From positions 768,001-832,000 of the forward strand of contig CBDIIB010000004.1 in NCBI GenBank assembly GCA_965279525.1: a DNA stretch of 64,000 bases, in the 5' to 3' direction. A program made the translations under genes and the position numbers. This stretch comes from Tagaea sp. GTDB lineage: Bacteria; Pseudomonadota; Alphaproteobacteria; CACIAM-22H2. Positions 1 through 10,154 of this stretch are shown in pieces. How positions within the stretch are numbered: position 1 is the stretch's first letter; each line of letters opens with the position of its first letter. A model generated the notes under the pieces. That model did no database searches, had not been told where the DNA came from, and saw only the letters and a list, made by a program, of their open reading frames with translations.

Positions 1-2015
1 TGGGTTCCGGTGTGGCCGTGTTCGGGCTTGCCCCAGCACGGCCACGGCAGGCCGTAGAACTCGTCCTTCGCGATGGCCGCCATCCCGTCCTTGGCCGGGA
101 TGTCCTTCAACGCGCGCAGGCTGACGCGGTCGAACGCGTCCTGGTTGGCCATGTGCGCCTTGAGACGTTCCGGGCTCTGGCCCGAATAGCCGGCCGTGAA
201 GCACGTCTTGTTGATCTCGCGAAGGATGTCTTCGGCGAGCGGCTTCTTTCCGTCGACCTTGATGTTCTTGAACATCTCGGTCGCGAAGCCGAACTTCTCG
301 GCGAGCAGATACATGATCTCGTAGTCGTTCTTCGATTCGAAGATCGGCTCGACGATCTGGCTGCCCCACTGGAGCGACCGGTTGGATGCCGTGCGGCTGC
401 CGCTCATCTCGAGCGAGGTGCAGGCAGGCAGCAGGTAGACGCCGTCCTTGCGCTCGGCCGCCATGACCGGGATCTGCACGGGATGCGGGTCGATGACGAC
501 GAGCGTGTCGACCTTCTCCATCGCCTTCTTGCCGTCGGGACCGCGTGTCTGGGTATTGGCGCCGTGGCCCCAGAACACCATTGCCTTGAGCGGCTCGGGC
601 TGCCCCTGGATGTTCGCCTTGCTCTCGAGCGCAAGGTCATGCCAGCGGGACGCGGGCGTCCCCGGCAGTTCCATCAGCGCCTTCGACTTGAAGCGGGCCA
701 GCATGTATTCGTACGGCACGCCCCAGCCGCGCGCGAAGTGGCGCCACGCCTGTTCGGTCAGGCCGTAGTAGTTGGGCAGGTTGAGAACGTCGAGGCCGAG
801 ATCCGTGGCCCCCTGCACGTTGCAGTGGCCGCGGAAGATGTTGGTACCGCCGCCCGAGGTGCCGATCGTGCCGTAGTTCATCGCGAGGATGCAGTACGCG
901 CGCACGTTGGCCGAACCGACCGTGTGCTGCGTGCCGCCCATGCACCAGATCACGCTGAACGGGCGGTTGTTCCACAACGTCTGCGCCACGCGGCGAAGCT
1001 GCGCGCCCGGCACGCCGGTGATCCGCTCGACTTCGGCCGGGTTGTACTTGGCCACTTCCTTCTTGACGTCTTCCCAGCCGTAGATGCGCCGGCGGATGAA
1101 CTCGTGGTCCGTCCAGCCGTTCTCGATCGCGTGCCAGAGGATGCCCCAGATCAGCGGAATGTCGGTGCCCGGGCGCAGGCGCACATGCTCGGTCGAGTGC
1201 GCGGCCGTGCGCGTGAAGCGCGGATCACAGACGATGAACGGCGCCTGGTTCTGCTCCTTGCCGCGCAGCACGTGCAGCATCGAGACGGGATGCGCCTCCG
1301 CCGGATTGCCGCCGATCAGGAACGTCGAACGCGAGTTCTGGATGTCGTTGTAGGAATTGGTCTGCGCGCCGTAGCCCCACGACTGGGCGACGCCGGCAAC
1401 CGTCGTCGAGTGGCAGATGCGCGCCTGGTGGTCGACGTTGTTGGTGCCCCAGAACGCCGCGAACTTGCGATTGAGATAGGCCGCCTCGTTCGTGAACTTC
1501 GCCGAGCCGAGCCAGTAGACCGAGTCAGGTCCCGCACTCTCGCGGATCTTCAGCAGGCGGTCGCCGACCTCGTTGACAGCCTGCGCCCAGCTCATGCGGA
1601 CCCAGCGGCCGTTCTCGAGCTTCATCGGGTATTTCAGGCGGCGGTCGCCGTGGACGATCTCGCGGATCGCGGCACCCTTGGCGCAGTGTGCGCCGAGGTT
1701 GATCGGCGATTCGAACGTCGGCTCCTGGCCGGTCCACACGCCGTTCTGCACTTCCGCGGTGACCGTGCAGCCCACCGAACAGTGGGTGCACATGTTCTTG
1801 ACGATCTTCGTCTCGACGCCGGCCTTCGGCGGCCCGAAGGCACCGGCGGCTTCGACCGTCTTGAACTTGAGCGTCGCCGCGGCGGCAACACCGCCGGCCA
1901 CGAGGCCCGAACGGCGCAGGAAGGCGCGGCGATCCATCGCCCCGCCCGCGGCACCCGCGAGGGCGGCCGTCAGACGCGTACCGGCGGCCTTGCCGGAGGA
2001 TTTCTTGGTAAGCAT
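1..2015 (-). CDS. fdhA: Formate dehydrogenase alpha subunit (molybdopterin oxidoreductase, Tat-exported); 3' end runs off the window
   Basis: Manual translation from ATG at 2015 (GGAGG RBS at 2023-2027): MLTKKSSG...MDRRAFLRRSG (twin-Arg), CTHCSVGC...HCAKG 4Fe-4S motif, DHQARICHSTT catalytic Cys-His. Missing from the ORF track because it is open at the window edge. Confidence 0.93.
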   Translation of the reverse strand, partial: MLTKKSSGKAAGTRLTAALAGAAGGAMDRRAFLRRSGLVAGGVAAAATLKFKTVEAAGAFGPPKAGVETKIVKNMCTHCSVGCTVTAEVQNGVWTGQEPTFESPINLGAHCAKGAAIREIVHGDRRLKYPMKLENGRWVRMSWAQAVNEVGDRLLKIRESAGPDSVYWLGSAKFTNEAAYLNRKFAAFWGTNNVDHQARICHSTTVAGVAQSWGYGAQTNSYNDIQNSRSTFLIGGNPAEAHPVSMLHVLRGKEQNQAPFIVCDPRFTRTAAHSTEHVRLRPGTDIPLIWGILWHAIENGWTDHEFIRRRIYGWEDVKKEVAKYNPAEVERITGVPGAQLRRVAQTLWNNRPFSVIWCMGGTQHTVGSANVRAYCILAMNYGTIGTSGGGTNIFRGHCNVQGATDLGLDVLNLPNYYGLTEQAWRHFARGWGVPYEYMLARFKSKALMELPGTPASRWHDLALESKANIQGQPEPLKAMVFWGHGANTQTRGPDGKKAMEKVDTLVVIDPHPVQIPVMAAERKDGVYLLPACTSLEMSGSRTASNRSLQWGSQIVEPIFESKNDYEIMYLLAEKFGFATEMFKNIKVDGKKPLAEDILREINKTCFTAGYSGQSPERLKAHMANQDAFDRVSLRALKDIPAKDGMAAIAKDEFYGLPWPCWGKPEHGHTGT

Positions 2016-2027
2016 CGGTCGGCCTCC

Positions 2028-2222
2028 TTACTTCGCGAGGGCGTAATAGGTCTTCACGTGCGCCGTTTCGGCGTAACCGGCCGACGGCGATGCCGTCGTT
2101 TCGGCGGCCTTGGCGGGCGCCGTTCCGGCGACGCTTCCCGCACCGGCGGCGACGGCGCCGAGGCCTGCGACTTTGAAGAACTGGCGACGCGAGGCCGCCT
2201 TGGGTTCCGGGTTCTGGCTCAT
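2028..2222 (-). CDS. Small Tat-signal protein of formate dehydrogenase loci (64 aa)
   Basis: MSQNPEPKAASRRQFFK...GYAETAHVKTYYALAK; twin-Arg motif plus the GYxETxHVxxYY tail typical of small proteins upstream of fdhA. Confidence 0.85.
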   Translation of the reverse strand: MSQNPEPKAASRRQFFKVAGLGAVAAGAGSVAGTAPAKAAETTASPSAGYAETAHVKTYYALAK

Positions 2223-2236
2223 CGTTTTCTGCCTCT

Positions 2237-3106
2237 CTATCCCGCGTGTTCGTTGCTTGGCGACGCTTCGCCGATGGCGAAGGCCGCGCGTTCGATTTCG
2301 ATGAAGATGCGGCCGATCTGGCCGATCGGCATGTAAAGGCGTGCGGCCTTGGCGCTCGCGAGGTCGGCGAAGAACTTCTCCGCCCATGTCGCGACGTGGG
2401 CGTCGAAAAAGCGCTTCTGTGCCTCGAGCGGGGCAGGTTCGCCGAAAGCGCCGACGATCAGCCCCGCCATCATCTCGCAAAGCGAGGCCATGTGGTCTTC
2501 GGGTTCCGGCCGGTCGTTCGTGCGCGCGATGCCGAGACGGGTCATGGCGCCGCGCAGGTTGGCGAGCGGCTTCTCGTGCAGGAAGCCGGTCAGGTAGAAC
2601 GACGCATAGGGCTGAAGCTCGCCGCGTGCCAAGCCGACGAACAGGTCGTGGAACTCGTCGCTCGCCTCGTGCGGCGTGGTCTTGCGCGCGACGGCGGCAA
2701 GCGCCCGGATATGGCCGCCCAGTTCGCTGTCGTCGCCTTCCATGGCGCCAAGCCGGTTCAGCAGTTCCTGCGACGGCACTTCGGCAAGGAGTTCGCCAAG
2801 CAGCGCGTACCACGACGCGCGCACGGCTTCATCGGGATCGATGTCGATTTCGCTCTTCGGGATTTCGGCGCTGTCCATCTTCGCTGTACCGCCTGCGGCC
2901 GGATAAACGTCGGGGCGCAATTCGTGCCTCGGGACGCCGGTCGCGCCTTCAATCGCGAGCACGGCTTCGGCCGGAACACGCTTGCCGACCTTCAGCCAGT
3001 GCCAGACATGGCCCTGCGACTTGCCGATCAGCCGGGCAAGCGCCGACTGGCCGCCGGCCACCGCGATCGCGCGCTCCAATGCCGAAAGACTGCCGAGATC
3101 GCTCAA
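2237..3106 (-). CDS. TorD/DmsD-family redox enzyme maturation chaperone with N-terminal Cro/YdaS-like HTH domain
   Basis: N-terminal ALERAIAVAGGQSALARLIGKSQGHVWHW...VPAEAVLAIEGATGVPRHELRPDVYP; C-terminal PYASFYLTGFL...EPEDHMASLCE (TorD E-P-x-D-H motif). Start uncertain: TTG 3106 chosen, ORF open to 3289. Confidence 0.85.
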   Translation of the reverse strand: MSDLGSLSALERAIAVAGGQSALARLIGKSQGHVWHWLKVGKRVPAEAVLAIEGATGVPRHELRPDVYPAAGGTAKMDSAEIPKSEIDIDPDEAVRASWYALLGELLAEVPSQELLNRLGAMEGDDSELGGHIRALAAVARKTTPHEASDEFHDLFVGLARGELQPYASFYLTGFLHEKPLANLRGAMTRLGIARTNDRPEPEDHMASLCEMMAGLIVGAFGEPAPLEAQKRFFDAHVATWAEKFFADLASAKAARLYMPIGQIGRIFIEIERAAFAIGEASPSNEHAG

Positions 3107-3353
3107 ACTGTCACCGCTACTAACGGGTTTGTCGCGAAAACCGCGTCGGTTCGAACCGTCAACTGGCTTACGTTTTCCATGCGGCGAACTTGGCGTTCCT
3201 GAAGCGACCTTGCGTTTGATCTCCGCAGGTCTTTTTTGTTGCGAGTCATTGTCAACATCCTCTTTCCAAAGGGAAAACGGCGCCGACAAGATGGTTAGTA
3301 GATAGCGCTACGCCGGAGCATGTCAACAACGTGCTGCGCATCGGTGGACATGT

Positions 3354-3428
3354 TGCGCTGCAGCATTCGGAATGTTCAAAAAATGCCCGGCCCGCTGTTT
3401 CGGGCGCACGCCGTACTGCGATGCAAAA
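3354..3428. promoter_or_regulatory. Two TGC-N3-GCA boxes (PhaR-like operator candidates)
   Basis: TGCGCTGCAGCA at 3354-3365 and TGCGATGCAAAA at 3417-3428, in the intergenic region upstream of the torD-like gene. Confidence 0.35.
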
Positions 3429-3434
3429 ATTCGA

Positions 3435-3971
3435 TCAGGCCGATTTGGACGACGGATCTTCGGGCGCCGGACTCTCCGCAGGCGTCGAATCGGCTGCTGT
3501 ACCCGTCTCCGCCGCAGCAAGGCGGGCCTTCTCGGCAGCCTCGGCCCGCTCGATCTCCTCCACGGCCTCGACCATGCCGGAGCCCACCCTGTAGATCGTG
3601 TTCTTGAGCCCCTCGGGGAAACACTGGACGGCGTTGAAGTCGATCGAGTGGCACTCCGAGATGTCGATGGTCGCGAAGTGCGGGTCGAGCGTCCAGAGCT
3701 TGCGTAGCGCCTGCGTGCGCAGGTCGGACGCGACATCGCCGCGCATGAAAAGGCTGTAGTCCGAATCCCGCGTCAAGGATTCGAGCGGCGGGAGTTCGAC
3801 GGGCTTCTCCTCGGCCGGCGGTGCTACCGGCTGAAGTTCGTTCGCCTGTTCGGGTACGGCCGGAGGGAGATCCTCGACCGGCGGCACGGCAGCTTGCGTC
3901 GCGCGTGCCTCGCTCTTCAGGCGCGACCAGCGACCCGCGAACCCTTCGGTCTGCCCGTCGTGCTCAGCCAT
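3435..3971 (-). CDS. DUF3306-family protein (FDH/molybdoenzyme-associated)
   Basis: FAGRWSRLK...LPPLESLTRDSDYSLFM...LRTQALRKLW; directly downstream of the DUF3305-like gene. Confidence 0.8.
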   Translation of the reverse strand: MAEHDGQTEGFAGRWSRLKSEARATQAAVPPVEDLPPAVPEQANELQPVAPPAEEKPVELPPLESLTRDSDYSLFMRGDVASDLRTQALRKLWTLDPHFATIDISECHSIDFNAVQCFPEGLKNTIYRVGSGMVEAVEEIERAEAAEKARLAAAETGTAADSTPAESPAPEDPSSKSA

Positions 3972-4530
3972 CGTTTTCCTTCTGCGCGAAGGAAGCACGA
4001 TAGTCGTTTCCCTCCGCCCCCTTGCCGAACCCCTTGTTCGGATCGATGCGCGTGCGCTTGCGCTTCTTGAACGTCTCCTCGACGTGGTAGGCGGCGACAT
4101 AGCCGGTGAGCCACTGCACCATGGCCGACGTCATCGGCACCTTTTCGACCGAATGGACGCCGTCGACTGTGAAGGCCTCGGCCTCGCCGGGACTGGCCGT
4201 GACATGCCGCACGACGATGCCGGGTGCCGGAAGCGACGGATCGCGACGCAGCACCACGTAGACCGACGGGACCGGCTCGGCGAGATTCATCCGGTACATG
4301 ACGGTCTCGGCAACGAACAGCTCCAGCTCGAACTGCCCGGCGAACCAGATCGTCGCATCGCCTTCGACGCGCATCTTCGTCCATGGCGCCAGATCGGTGG
4401 TGCCGGCGACGATGTCGTGCGGCATCCATTGTTCTTCGCCCCAGGCCGTCTTGGGCGGACGTGCCGCCAGCAGCACGCCGATCGGCATGCGCTCGTCGCG
4501 CGAGACTTCTGGCTGAAGCTGGTCGTTCAT
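3964..4530 (-). CDS. DUF3305-family protein (FDH/molybdoenzyme-associated)
   Basis: W...[15 protein letters not shown]...PSVYVVLR...VTASPGEA...VEKVPM...ETFKKRKR pattern; position in the fdh accessory cluster. Confidence 0.8.
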   Translation of the reverse strand: MNDQLQPEVSRDERMPIGVLLAARPPKTAWGEEQWMPHDIVAGTTDLAPWTKMRVEGDATIWFAGQFELELFVAETVMYRMNLAEPVPSVYVVLRRDPSLPAPGIVVRHVTASPGEAEAFTVDGVHSVEKVPMTSAMVQWLTGYVAAYHVEETFKKRKRTRIDPNKGFGKGAEGNDYRASFAQKENDG

Positions 4531-5147
4531 CGGGCCGTCTGCTCCAGTTGCCGGCGTGCGGCTTCAAGATCGTCGGGACGGTTCGCGTTGAAGAACGGGT
4601 CGTCCGGAACAGCCGGATATTCGACCGTCGCCAATCGATAGCGCGCCGTCCACCGGTCGACCTTATATATCTTTTCGCGGACCATCGCATCGCGCAAAGC
4701 CTCGCGCAGGTCGACGCGCCAGAGGCCGAAGACCGGATGCGCCTGTCCGCCCGACGTGGCACAGGCAAGGTCGGCCTTGTCCCCGGCCACTGCCGCATGC
4801 AGGCGCGCGACAAGATCGGTCGGGAAAAAAGGCGCGTCCGACGCGAAGCTTGCCACCCAAATTGCCGCCGGCGCGTTGGCCGCCGCCCAGTCGAGCCCGG
4901 CAAGTACGCCAGCCAGCGGCCCGGCATAGCCTTCGACCGTGTCGGCGACAACCGGCAGCCCGAAGGGCGCGAAGCGCGCCGGGTCGCCGTTGGCGTTAAG
5001 TACGAGCCTTGCGACCTGCGGGCGGGCACGATCGAGAATGTGCGCCAGGATCGGCCGGCCGCCGAGGTCGCGCAGGCATTTGTCGCCCCCGCCCATGCGC
5101 GTCGATTGTCCGCCCGCGAGCACGACGCCGGCAATGTCAGTCCTCAT
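4527..5147 (-). CDS. mobA: Molybdenum cofactor guanylyltransferase
   Basis: [42 protein letters not shown]. Confidence 0.93.
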   Translation of the reverse strand: MRTDIAGVVLAGGQSTRMGGGDKCLRDLGGRPILAHILDRARPQVARLVLNANGDPARFAPFGLPVVADTVEGYAGPLAGVLAGLDWAAANAPAAIWVASFASDAPFFPTDLVARLHAAVAGDKADLACATSGGQAHPVFGLWRVDLREALRDAMVREKIYKVDRWTARYRLATVEYPAVPDDPFFNANRPDDLEAARRQLEQTAR

Positions 5148-6015
5148 CGCGCGTCCCCTTGCGGCGCGCCTTCGCATCCTCGTCGGCGACTGCCCGGGCG
5201 TCGGCATCGAACTCGATGCGCTCGGCACCGGCCAGCACGACGAAACGCGAGCCCTTGGCGCGGCCGATCAGCGTCAGGCCCGCCTTGCGCGCAAGTTCGA
5301 CGCCCCAAGCCGTGAAACCCGACCGCGAGACGAGGATCGGGATGCCCATCTGGACGGTCTTGATGACCATCTCGGAGGTCAGCCGCCCGGTCGTATAGAA
5401 AATCTTGTCGTGCGCCGACATGCCATGGCGGAACATGTAACCGGCGATCTTGTCGACCGCATTGTGCCGGCCGACATCCTCCATATAGACGAGTGCCCGG
5501 TCCTGCTGGCACAGCACGCAGCCATGGATGGCGCCCGCCTCCAGATAGAGCGAGGGTGCGGTATTGATCTTCCGGGTGAGTCGGTAGAGCCAGGACGTCT
5601 TCAGCCGCGCGTCCTTGGCAAGCGCGACCTTGTCGAATTTTTCCATCAGGTCGCCGAAGGCGGTTCCCTGCGCGCATCCCGATGTCAGCGTCTTCTTGCG
5701 CAGCTTGTCTTCGAAATCCGTCGTTCGGTCAGTCCGCACGACGACGACATCGAGCTCGGTATCGTGCTCGACCGCGATGATCTTCTCGTCGGCCGCCAGC
5801 ATGTTCTGGTTAAGCAGGTAGCCGATCGCCAGATATTCGGGATAGTCGGCGATCGTCATCATCGTGACGATCTCGCGGGCGTTGAGATAGAGCGTAAGTG
5901 GGCGCTCGACCACGACCGCCGTTTCGACGTCGGCACCCGTCTGGTCGATGCCGCGCACGCGCTCGACCAGACGTGGATCGTCCGGATTCGGCTTCAGCAG
6001 GAACTCGTCGGCCAT
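5137..6015 (-). CDS. fdhD: Formate dehydrogenase accessory sulfurtransferase
   Basis: [45 protein letters not shown]. Confidence 0.93.
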   Translation of the reverse strand: MADEFLLKPNPDDPRLVERVRGIDQTGADVETAVVVERPLTLYLNAREIVTMMTIADYPEYLAIGYLLNQNMLAADEKIIAVEHDTELDVVVVRTDRTTDFEDKLRKKTLTSGCAQGTAFGDLMEKFDKVALAKDARLKTSWLYRLTRKINTAPSLYLEAGAIHGCVLCQQDRALVYMEDVGRHNAVDKIAGYMFRHGMSAHDKIFYTTGRLTSEMVIKTVQMGIPILVSRSGFTAWGVELARKAGLTLIGRAKGSRFVVLAGAERIEFDADARAVADEDAKARRKGTRDED

Positions 6016-6086
6016 GGATCGAGAATGACCCCGGCGACCCGCGCTTTCAAGGTCCGCGAGAAACGCCTTGATCGCCTGCGCCAGCT

Positions 6087-8174
6087 TTGCAACATACCCC
6101 TATGGAAATCGGCGACAAGCTCGTTCTGGTCTGCGACTGCACGGGCACGATTCCGCTCGACGGCAAGGCCCTGCGCAAGGCTTGCTCCGCCGCTGCCGGC
6201 GCGGATGTCGGCGAAGTCGTTCCCGACACGATCTTGTGCCGCGCACAGCTCGGGAATTTCGAAGCCGCCCTCAAGTCGGGCAAGGAACTGATCGTCGCCT
6301 GCACGCAGGAAGCGCCGTTCTTCGCCGAGACGCGCGCCGAACTCGGCGTCGACAACGACATCCGCTTCGTCAACATCCGCGAGCGCGCCGGCTGGTCGGA
6401 CGAAGCCGACAAGGCGATGCCGAAGATCGCCGCCCTGCTCGCCGAAGCCGCGATCGACGTGCCGCCGACCGCAAGCGTGCCGATGCGCTCGCAAGGGGTG
6501 GCACTAATCTACGGCCGCGACGAGACGGCGATCGACGCGGCAAAGCGCCTCGGCGAGCGTCTCGACTGCACCGTCCTGCTATCAAAGCCCGCTTCGGTGA
6601 GCCCGCCCCGCCTGACCGACGTCCCGATCTTCAGGGGCACGATCGTGCGCGCGGGCGGCCATATGGGCGCGTTCGAGATCGTCGTCGACGACTATGCGCC
6701 GGCCCTGCCCTCCTCGCGCGGCCAGCTCGGGTTCGAGCGCGCGCGCGACGGCGCTTCGTCCAAGTGCGACCTGATCCTCGATCTGACGGGCGGCGCCCCC
6801 CTCTTCCAGGCACACGAGAAGCGCGACGGCTATTTCCGGCCAGATCCGAAAGATGCCGCCGAAGTCGAGCGGACGATCTTCGCGATGGCGGACATGATCG
6901 GCGAGTTCGAGAAGCCCCGCTACATCGACTATGACGCGGCGATCTGCACGCACAGCCGCAACACCAAGAAGGGCTGCCAGCGCTGCCTCGATGTCTGCCC
7001 GACCGGCGCCATCACGTCGAAGGGCGATGGCGTCGAGTTCAACGCCTATGTGTGCGCCGGCTGCGGTTCGTGCGCGTCGGTCTGCCCGACGGGGGCCGCG
7101 ACCTACGCGCTGCCGCCGCAGGAGACCGTCTTCGAGCGCCTGCGCACGCTCCTGCTCGCCTACGCGCGCGCCGACGGGAAGCGGCCGGTGCTCTTCGTCC
7201 ACGATTCGCGGCATGGCGAGGCGATGATCGACATGATCGCGCGGCACGGGCGCGGCCTGCCGGCCAACGTGCTGCCTTTCGCGGTCAGCGAGATCACGCA
7301 GATCGGGTTCGACTTCCTTTCCGCCGCACTTGCCTTCGGTGCTTCGCAGATCCGCCTGCTCGTCGATCCGGCAAAGCGCGACGAGCTTGCCGGTCTTGCC
7401 GGACAGATCGGTCTGGCGGAAACAGCGATGGTCGGGCTCGGCTTCGGCGAAGGCCGCGTGGCGATCATCGACGCGACGGATCCCGAAGCCGTCGAAGCGG
7501 AACTCTATGGCACGCGCGCCCAGGAGCCGGCCAAGGCGGGCGGCTTCCTGCCGATGGGCGGCAAGCGCGAGATAACCTTGCTGGCGCTGCGACACCTGCA
7601 TTCGGTGGCGCCGACGCCGGTGGACGTGCTGCCGCTTGCCGCCGGCTCGCCCTACGGGACACTGGCGGTCGACACGGACGGCTGCACGCTTTGCCTGGCC
7701 TGCGTCGGCACGTGCCCGACCGGCGCGTTGATCGACAACCCGGACCTGCCGCAATTGCGCTTCATCCAGGAAGCCTGCGTGCAATGCGGCCTTTGCAAGG
7801 CGACGTGCCCCGAGAAGGTCATCCAGCTCAAGCCGCAGATCGATTTCACGAGTGCGGCGAAATCACCCAAACTCGTCAAGGAAGAGGAACCGGCCTGCTG
7901 CGTGCGCTGCGGCAAGCCTTTCGGGACACTCTCGGCGATCGAGAAGATCACCGAGAAACTGGCCGGCAAGCACTGGATGTTCCAGACCGGCGAAGTCGTC
8001 GAACGCATCCGCATGTGCGAGGATTGCCGTCTGGTCCGGCAGGCCGAAGCCGCCATCGATCCGTTTGCCGGCCCGGCCCGGCCGGTCACACGCACGACCG
8101 AGGACTATCTGCGCGAAGCCGAACGGGCCAAGCGGGCGGCCGAAAACCGCAACGATGGCCCGCCAAAAGCCTGA
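6087..8174 (+). CDS. Multi-[4Fe-4S] (polyferredoxin) protein with HdrA/MvhD-like segments
   Basis: Several CxxCxxCxxxCP motifs (CQRCLDVCP, CAGCGSCASVCP, CTLCLACVGTCP, CVQCGLCKATCP); N-terminal VACTQE...VNIRE. Confidence 0.88.
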   Translation: MQHTPMEIGDKLVLVCDCTGTIPLDGKALRKACSAAAGADVGEVVPDTILCRAQLGNFEAALKSGKELIVACTQEAPFFAETRAELGVDNDIRFVNIRERAGWSDEADKAMPKIAALLAEAAIDVPPTASVPMRSQGVALIYGRDETAIDAAKRLGERLDCTVLLSKPASVSPPRLTDVPIFRGTIVRAGGHMGAFEIVVDDYAPALPSSRGQLGFERARDGASSKCDLILDLTGGAPLFQAHEKRDGYFRPDPKDAAEVERTIFAMADMIGEFEKPRYIDYDAAICTHSRNTKKGCQRCLDVCPTGAITSKGDGVEFNAYVCAGCGSCASVCPTGAATYALPPQETVFERLRTLLLAYARADGKRPVLFVHDSRHGEAMIDMIARHGRGLPANVLPFAVSEITQIGFDFLSAALAFGASQIRLLVDPAKRDELAGLAGQIGLAETAMVGLGFGEGRVAIIDATDPEAVEAELYGTRAQEPAKAGGFLPMGGKREITLLALRHLHSVAPTPVDVLPLAAGSPYGTLAVDTDGCTLCLACVGTCPTGALIDNPDLPQLRFIQEACVQCGLCKATCPEKVIQLKPQIDFTSAAKSPKLVKEEEPACCVRCGKPFGTLSAIEKITEKLAGKHWMFQTGEVVERIRMCEDCRLVRQAEAAIDPFAGPARPVTRTTEDYLREAERAKRAAENRNDGPPKA

Positions 8175-8279
8175 TTACGGCAATAACCCGCCCCACGAAG
8201 GGGTCGAATTCCGGGGACCGGGTCGCTATATTCATCCGGATATAACGCCGACGACCCAGCAGGAAACGCCAGGTCACGC

Positions 8280-9308
8280 ATGGACGGAAATACCACCCCG
8301 AATGCCGACACCCCGCTGATCGATCCGTTCGCACGGGCGATCTCGTATCTGCGCGTGTCGGTGACAGACCGCTGCGACTTCCGCTGCGTCTATTGCATGT
8401 CCGAGGACATGACGTTCCTGCCCAAGGCGGACATCCTGAGCCTCGAGGAACTCGACCGGCTCTGCTCGGCCTTCGTGCGTCTCGGCGTGCGCAAGCTGCG
8501 CCTCACCGGCGGCGAGCCGCTCGTGCGGCGCAACGTGATGAGCCTGATCCGCAACCTCGGTCGTCACACAAGCAGCGGCGCGCTCGACGAGTTGACGCTG
8601 ACGACCAACGGCTCCCAGCTCGTCAAGTTCGCCGACGAGCTCGTCGATGCCGGCGTGCGCCGCATCAACGTGTCGCTCGACACGCTCGACAGCGCCAGGT
8701 TCACGGCTCTCACCCGCTGGGGGAAGCTCGATCAGGTTCTTGAAGGCCTGCAGGCCGCGAAACGCGCGGGCCTCGCGGTCAAGATCAACGTGGTGGCGCT
8801 CAAAGGCATGAACGACGACGAGTTCGACCGGCTCGTCGCATGGAGCGGCGAGCAGGGTTTCGATCTCGTCTTCATCGAGGTCATGCCGATGGGCGACATC
8901 GGCGGCGAGGCACGCCTCGACCAGTATCTGCCGCTGTCGCTCGTGCGCGCCGGACTGGCGAAGAGCTGGACCCTCGACGAGACGGATTATCGTACCGGCG
9001 GACCGGCGCGGTATTTCACGGTCCGCGAGACCGGGCGACGGCTGGGCTTCATCACGCCGCTTACGCATAATTTCTGCGAAAGCTGCAATCGCGTGCGACT
9101 TACCTGCACGGGCACGCTCTATATGTGCCTGGGCCAGGACGACGCGGCCGACCTGCGTGCCTCTTTGCGCGCCACTGCCGACGACGGGATGCTCGACAAG
9201 GCGATCCGTGCGGCGATCGCGCGCAAGCCCAAAGGACACGATTTCGTCATCGACCGCCGGCATACCGGCCCGGCCGTGCAGCGGCACATGTCCGTGACCG
9301 GCGGCTGA
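8280..9308 (+). CDS. moaA: GTP 3',8-cyclase (molybdenum cofactor biosynthesis)
   Basis: [18 protein letters not shown] radical-SAM motif, [11 protein letters not shown]-terminal MSVTGG. Confidence 0.96.
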   Translation: MDGNTTPNADTPLIDPFARAISYLRVSVTDRCDFRCVYCMSEDMTFLPKADILSLEELDRLCSAFVRLGVRKLRLTGGEPLVRRNVMSLIRNLGRHTSSGALDELTLTTNGSQLVKFADELVDAGVRRINVSLDTLDSARFTALTRWGKLDQVLEGLQAAKRAGLAVKINVVALKGMNDDEFDRLVAWSGEQGFDLVFIEVMPMGDIGGEARLDQYLPLSLVRAGLAKSWTLDETDYRTGGPARYFTVRETGRRLGFITPLTHNFCESCNRVRLTCTGTLYMCLGQDDAADLRASLRATADDGMLDKAIRAAIARKPKGHDFVIDRRHTGPAVQRHMSVTGG

Positions 9309-9373
9309 TCCCGGACGGGCCAGCGATTGGAACTGGCCCCGCCCCCCCTCCGCGTCGTATGAGTCGGCCGGTC

Positions 9374-10147
9374 ATGGCCGAACCCAATCCCAAGCTCGCC
9401 TTCGTCGCCGCCGACACGCCCCAGGCGAAGGCGGCCCTTGCGACCCTGCGCAGGCGCTACGCGCACGTTCCGCCTGCCCGCGCGGATATCGTCGTGGCAC
9501 TCGGCGGCGACGGATTCGTCCTGCAGACGCTGCATGCCAATATTGATCGCGGCGTGCCCGTCTTCGGCATGCATCGCGGATCGGTCGGTTTCCTCATGAA
9601 CGGGTTCAGCCTCGCTGGCCTGCACGCGCGTCTCAAGAACACGCAGCGCGTCACGCTCCATCCGCTGCGCATGACGGCCTGGCGCAAGAACGGGCGCAAG
9701 GAAGTGGCGCTCGCCATCAACGAGGTCAGCCTGCTGCGCCAGATGCGCCAGGCGGCGAAGATCCGCATCCTGATCGACGGCGTCGTCCGGATGGAAGAGC
9801 TGATCGCCGACGGCGTGCTGCTGTCCACGCCCGCAGGCTCGACGGCTTACAATCTTTCGGCACACGGCCCGATCGTCCCGATGGGTGCCGAACTGCTGGC
9901 GCTGACCCCGATCACCGCATTCCGGCCCCGGCGCTGGCGCGGGGCACTGCTGCCGTCGATCGCCAAGGTGGGTTTCGAGATCCTCGAATCCGAAAAGCGG
10001 CCGGTCAGCGCCACCGCCGACCACACCGAAATCCGCGATGTCGTCCGCGTCGAGGTCGCCGAAGACCGCACGAAGCGCCTCACGCTTCTGTTCGACCCGG
10101 AGCACAATTTCGAAGAGCGCGTCCTCAAGGAACAGTTCGCTCCTTGA
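9374..10147 (+). CDS. nadK: NAD kinase
   Basis: [41 protein letters not shown]. Confidence 0.93.
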   Translation: MAEPNPKLAFVAADTPQAKAALATLRRRYAHVPPARADIVVALGGDGFVLQTLHANIDRGVPVFGMHRGSVGFLMNGFSLAGLHARLKNTQRVTLHPLRMTAWRKNGRKEVALAINEVSLLRQMRQAAKIRILIDGVVRMEELIADGVLLSTPAGSTAYNLSAHGPIVPMGAELLALTPITAFRPRRWRGALLPSIAKVGFEILESEKRPVSATADHTEIRDVVRVEVAEDRTKRLTLLFDPEHNFEERVLKEQFAP

Positions 10148-10154
10148 CGGGGTG

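Noticed and set aside
1408-1420. Possible selenocysteine in FdhA
   Set aside because: The catalytic position in ARICHS is encoded by TGC (Cys), not TGA.
12-2336. 774-aa plus-strand ORF and many other long antisense ORFs (e.g. 14612-16492, 16634-18502, 46434-48371, 50914-52776)
   Set aside because: Shadow frames of real genes on the opposite strand, expected in GC-rich DNA; no recognisable motifs.
2890-3106. Cro-like domain as evidence of a prophage
   Set aside because: No integrase, CI partner or structural genes nearby; the domain is in-frame with a host chaperone.
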